Assembly (NCBI RefSeq): GCF_001194135.2
Contig: NC_068987.1
Coordinates: 100,686,672-100,750,671 of the forward strand
Origin: Octopus bimaculoides
Lineage: Eukaryota
DNA length: 64,000 nt
Direction of reading: 5' to 3'
Position numbers and translations under genes: made by a program. The notes below the pieces were generated by a model. It made no database searches. It was given only the letters and a program-made list of their open reading frames with translations, and was not told the origin of the DNA. Positions 61,813 through 64,000 of this stretch are shown in pieces (positions within the stretch are counted from its first letter, which is position 1; each line of letters opens with the position of its first letter).

Positions 61813-64000
61813 CGAAAACATTTTTTGTGAGTATTTGTGGGGAACCTTCTTGCAATTCAGTAACCTAGTTTACATCATTTTGTTCTTATCGTTATTCTGA
61901 GAAATAATTTTGTTGATGATACAAATGTAAGTGTATCAGGTCATCCCATAATTAATATCGTTTTTGTATTAGGCGTTGAAGAAATAAAGAAATAAAAATA
62001 AGCAAGAAAGGCACCAATTTAACCATCTATATATTCTCCAACTGAATCAATAACATTCTTCTGATGCTGTAAAATGTTTTTTGTATATCATTCATATAAA
62101 ATCAGGTGGCTTAGAAGAGAAAAAAAACTTTTGGAGATCCGTTTCAACTGCCTCTAAGGAATTGTATTCTTTTCCATGAATAGAATTTTGCATGATTCGG
62201 AATTAATGAAAATCCAAAGGATCAAGGTCAGGAGTATACGAATGAGATGGAAACCTTTCCCAATCTGACTCCTCAATCTTGGCACATGTGAGATATATAT
62301 AAAACAACAAACAAGATGAGGACAAATATCCATCGAATGTAAATAATGTAAATAATGTACATAATTCCCCATCTCTTAAATATAGAACTGTAAAGTCACT
62401 TTTATTCAAAACACCTTTTTATTTTTTATTCAAAACACCATTTCTTGCATGCTAAAGTCTCCTTGTTGAAATGTTTACACTCCTAAAACATGACATCTTT
62501 AAATGTGCTTTCCTGTGACCTCTGTATTCACGAGGGGCTATTAGAGCAACAAATAATTATTTGTGTGTTAGCCAGAATCTATGAAGCTGAAGCATTCCTT
62601 ATTCTGTGGTACTCATGCACCCGTGTCAAAATCTTGTTTAAACGTGTAAGAGCTTGTTTCAAAAAGTATGGTCTGAAAAACGACATTACTTATGAGATAA
62701 CCTGATAATACGCCATCACTAACTTTTGAATAGAATAGCTTTGTTGAAAAGAATAGATTTGTTGTTCTAACAACAGCAACGTTCAACATATATGGGTGCG
62801 AGGCCAGAACATTTGAAAACGGTCTCAATTCTGTTTCTATGTAAAATGTTATAAAACCTCATTATATTATTCATTATGTAAAAGTTTGCGACAATGAACT
62901 ATAATTTAGCAAGTCACGAACTTATTTTAACAGGCTAACTGTCTTGATTGTGACTTAGGTTTCTTTCCTTTGATGATGTTATTCAAAACATAACACTCAA
63001 CTGTGATCCAATATATTAAGTTTTCGATGTCCTTTCTCAAAGGAACTAATATTAATGGAGATTATTTTTGGATGATAATAGCATTTGAGAACGAGGCATC
63101 GTATACATGATAATTCCAACGTTTTATTGAAACTATTGTGTCTATGATATTCATCGACGGTAATCTTTGCGGAACGTATTAGTGGCAATAATAATACCAT
63201 TCTGAAATGTGATGTTCCAAAGCGGAGAGACAGAAAAATCACATTTACACGGAATATCAAAAAGTTATGCTGTTTGTAATTAAACACAAATATGCTTATT
63301 GGACTTTTCTACAACTATAAACTCTGTCCTTCTCTCTTTCTCGGTCTCTCTCTCTCTCTCTCTCTCCCAACACACGCACAGCCGCATGTATTCATATATA
63401 TAATTTATAATTATGTGCATATAGAAATATATATATATATANNNNNNNNNNNNNNNNNNNNNNNNNNNNNNNNNNNNNNNNNNNNNNNNNNNNNNNNNNN
63501 NNNNNNNNNNNNNNNNNNNNNNNNNNNNNNNNNNNNNNNNNNNNNNNNNNNNNNNNNNNNNNNNNNNNNNNNNNNNNNNNNNNNNNNNNNNNTATATATA
63601 TATATATACATATACATACATGCCTACATACAAACACACATACATGCATACATACATACGCACATACATACATACATACATACATACATACACACACACA
63701 TACATAATACATACATACATATAAATCATAGCAACAAAAGTTTTCTGGCATGCGTTCATTGGACGCTTGTTATGGAAGAAGTACAGTAGACTGAAGTCAC
63801 CACATGATCTGGCAGTCTCCGTTCGCATGCTATAAAAAAATTCGTATTGTTTGTAAACATTTAAATACACACGCACAAGCACACACTCACACACACATAC
63901 ACAAATGTATATATATATATATGTGTGTGTGCGTGTGTTTCAGTTCGTGAGTTCCGGTCATACTGGCGTGCTGCCGTTAGCTTTGACACATCCAATACTT

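Overview
AT-rich eukaryotic (animal) genomic DNA from a gapped short-read draft assembly. It has 18 N-gaps totalling about 8.3 kb, most flanked by (AT)n or other microsatellites. From memory, the two tRNA-derived SINE families, the repeat landscape and the microsatellite density match an octopus (coleoid cephalopod) genome; this is an inference, not a database result. I find no confidently supported host protein-coding exon, RNA gene or CRISPR array, so the window looks intronic or intergenic. It is dominated by decayed mobile elements: a full-length but inactivated DD37D (maT-type) Tc1/mariner element with both TIRs and TA TSD, other mariner fragments, several fold-back MITEs, a 175-bp solo LTR with a 5-bp TSD, RTE, CR1/L2-like and Tx1/L1-like LINE fragments, and many SINEs, some in head-to-tail chains. 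A 3.7-kb nest holds four R4/Dong-type (RLE) retrotransposon pieces plus a SINE, joined through (TAA)n/(TTA)n tracts. I cannot support a previously undescribed biological system; the most notable items are transposon architectures. Family assignments rest on motifs I translated by hand and need confirmation by search.
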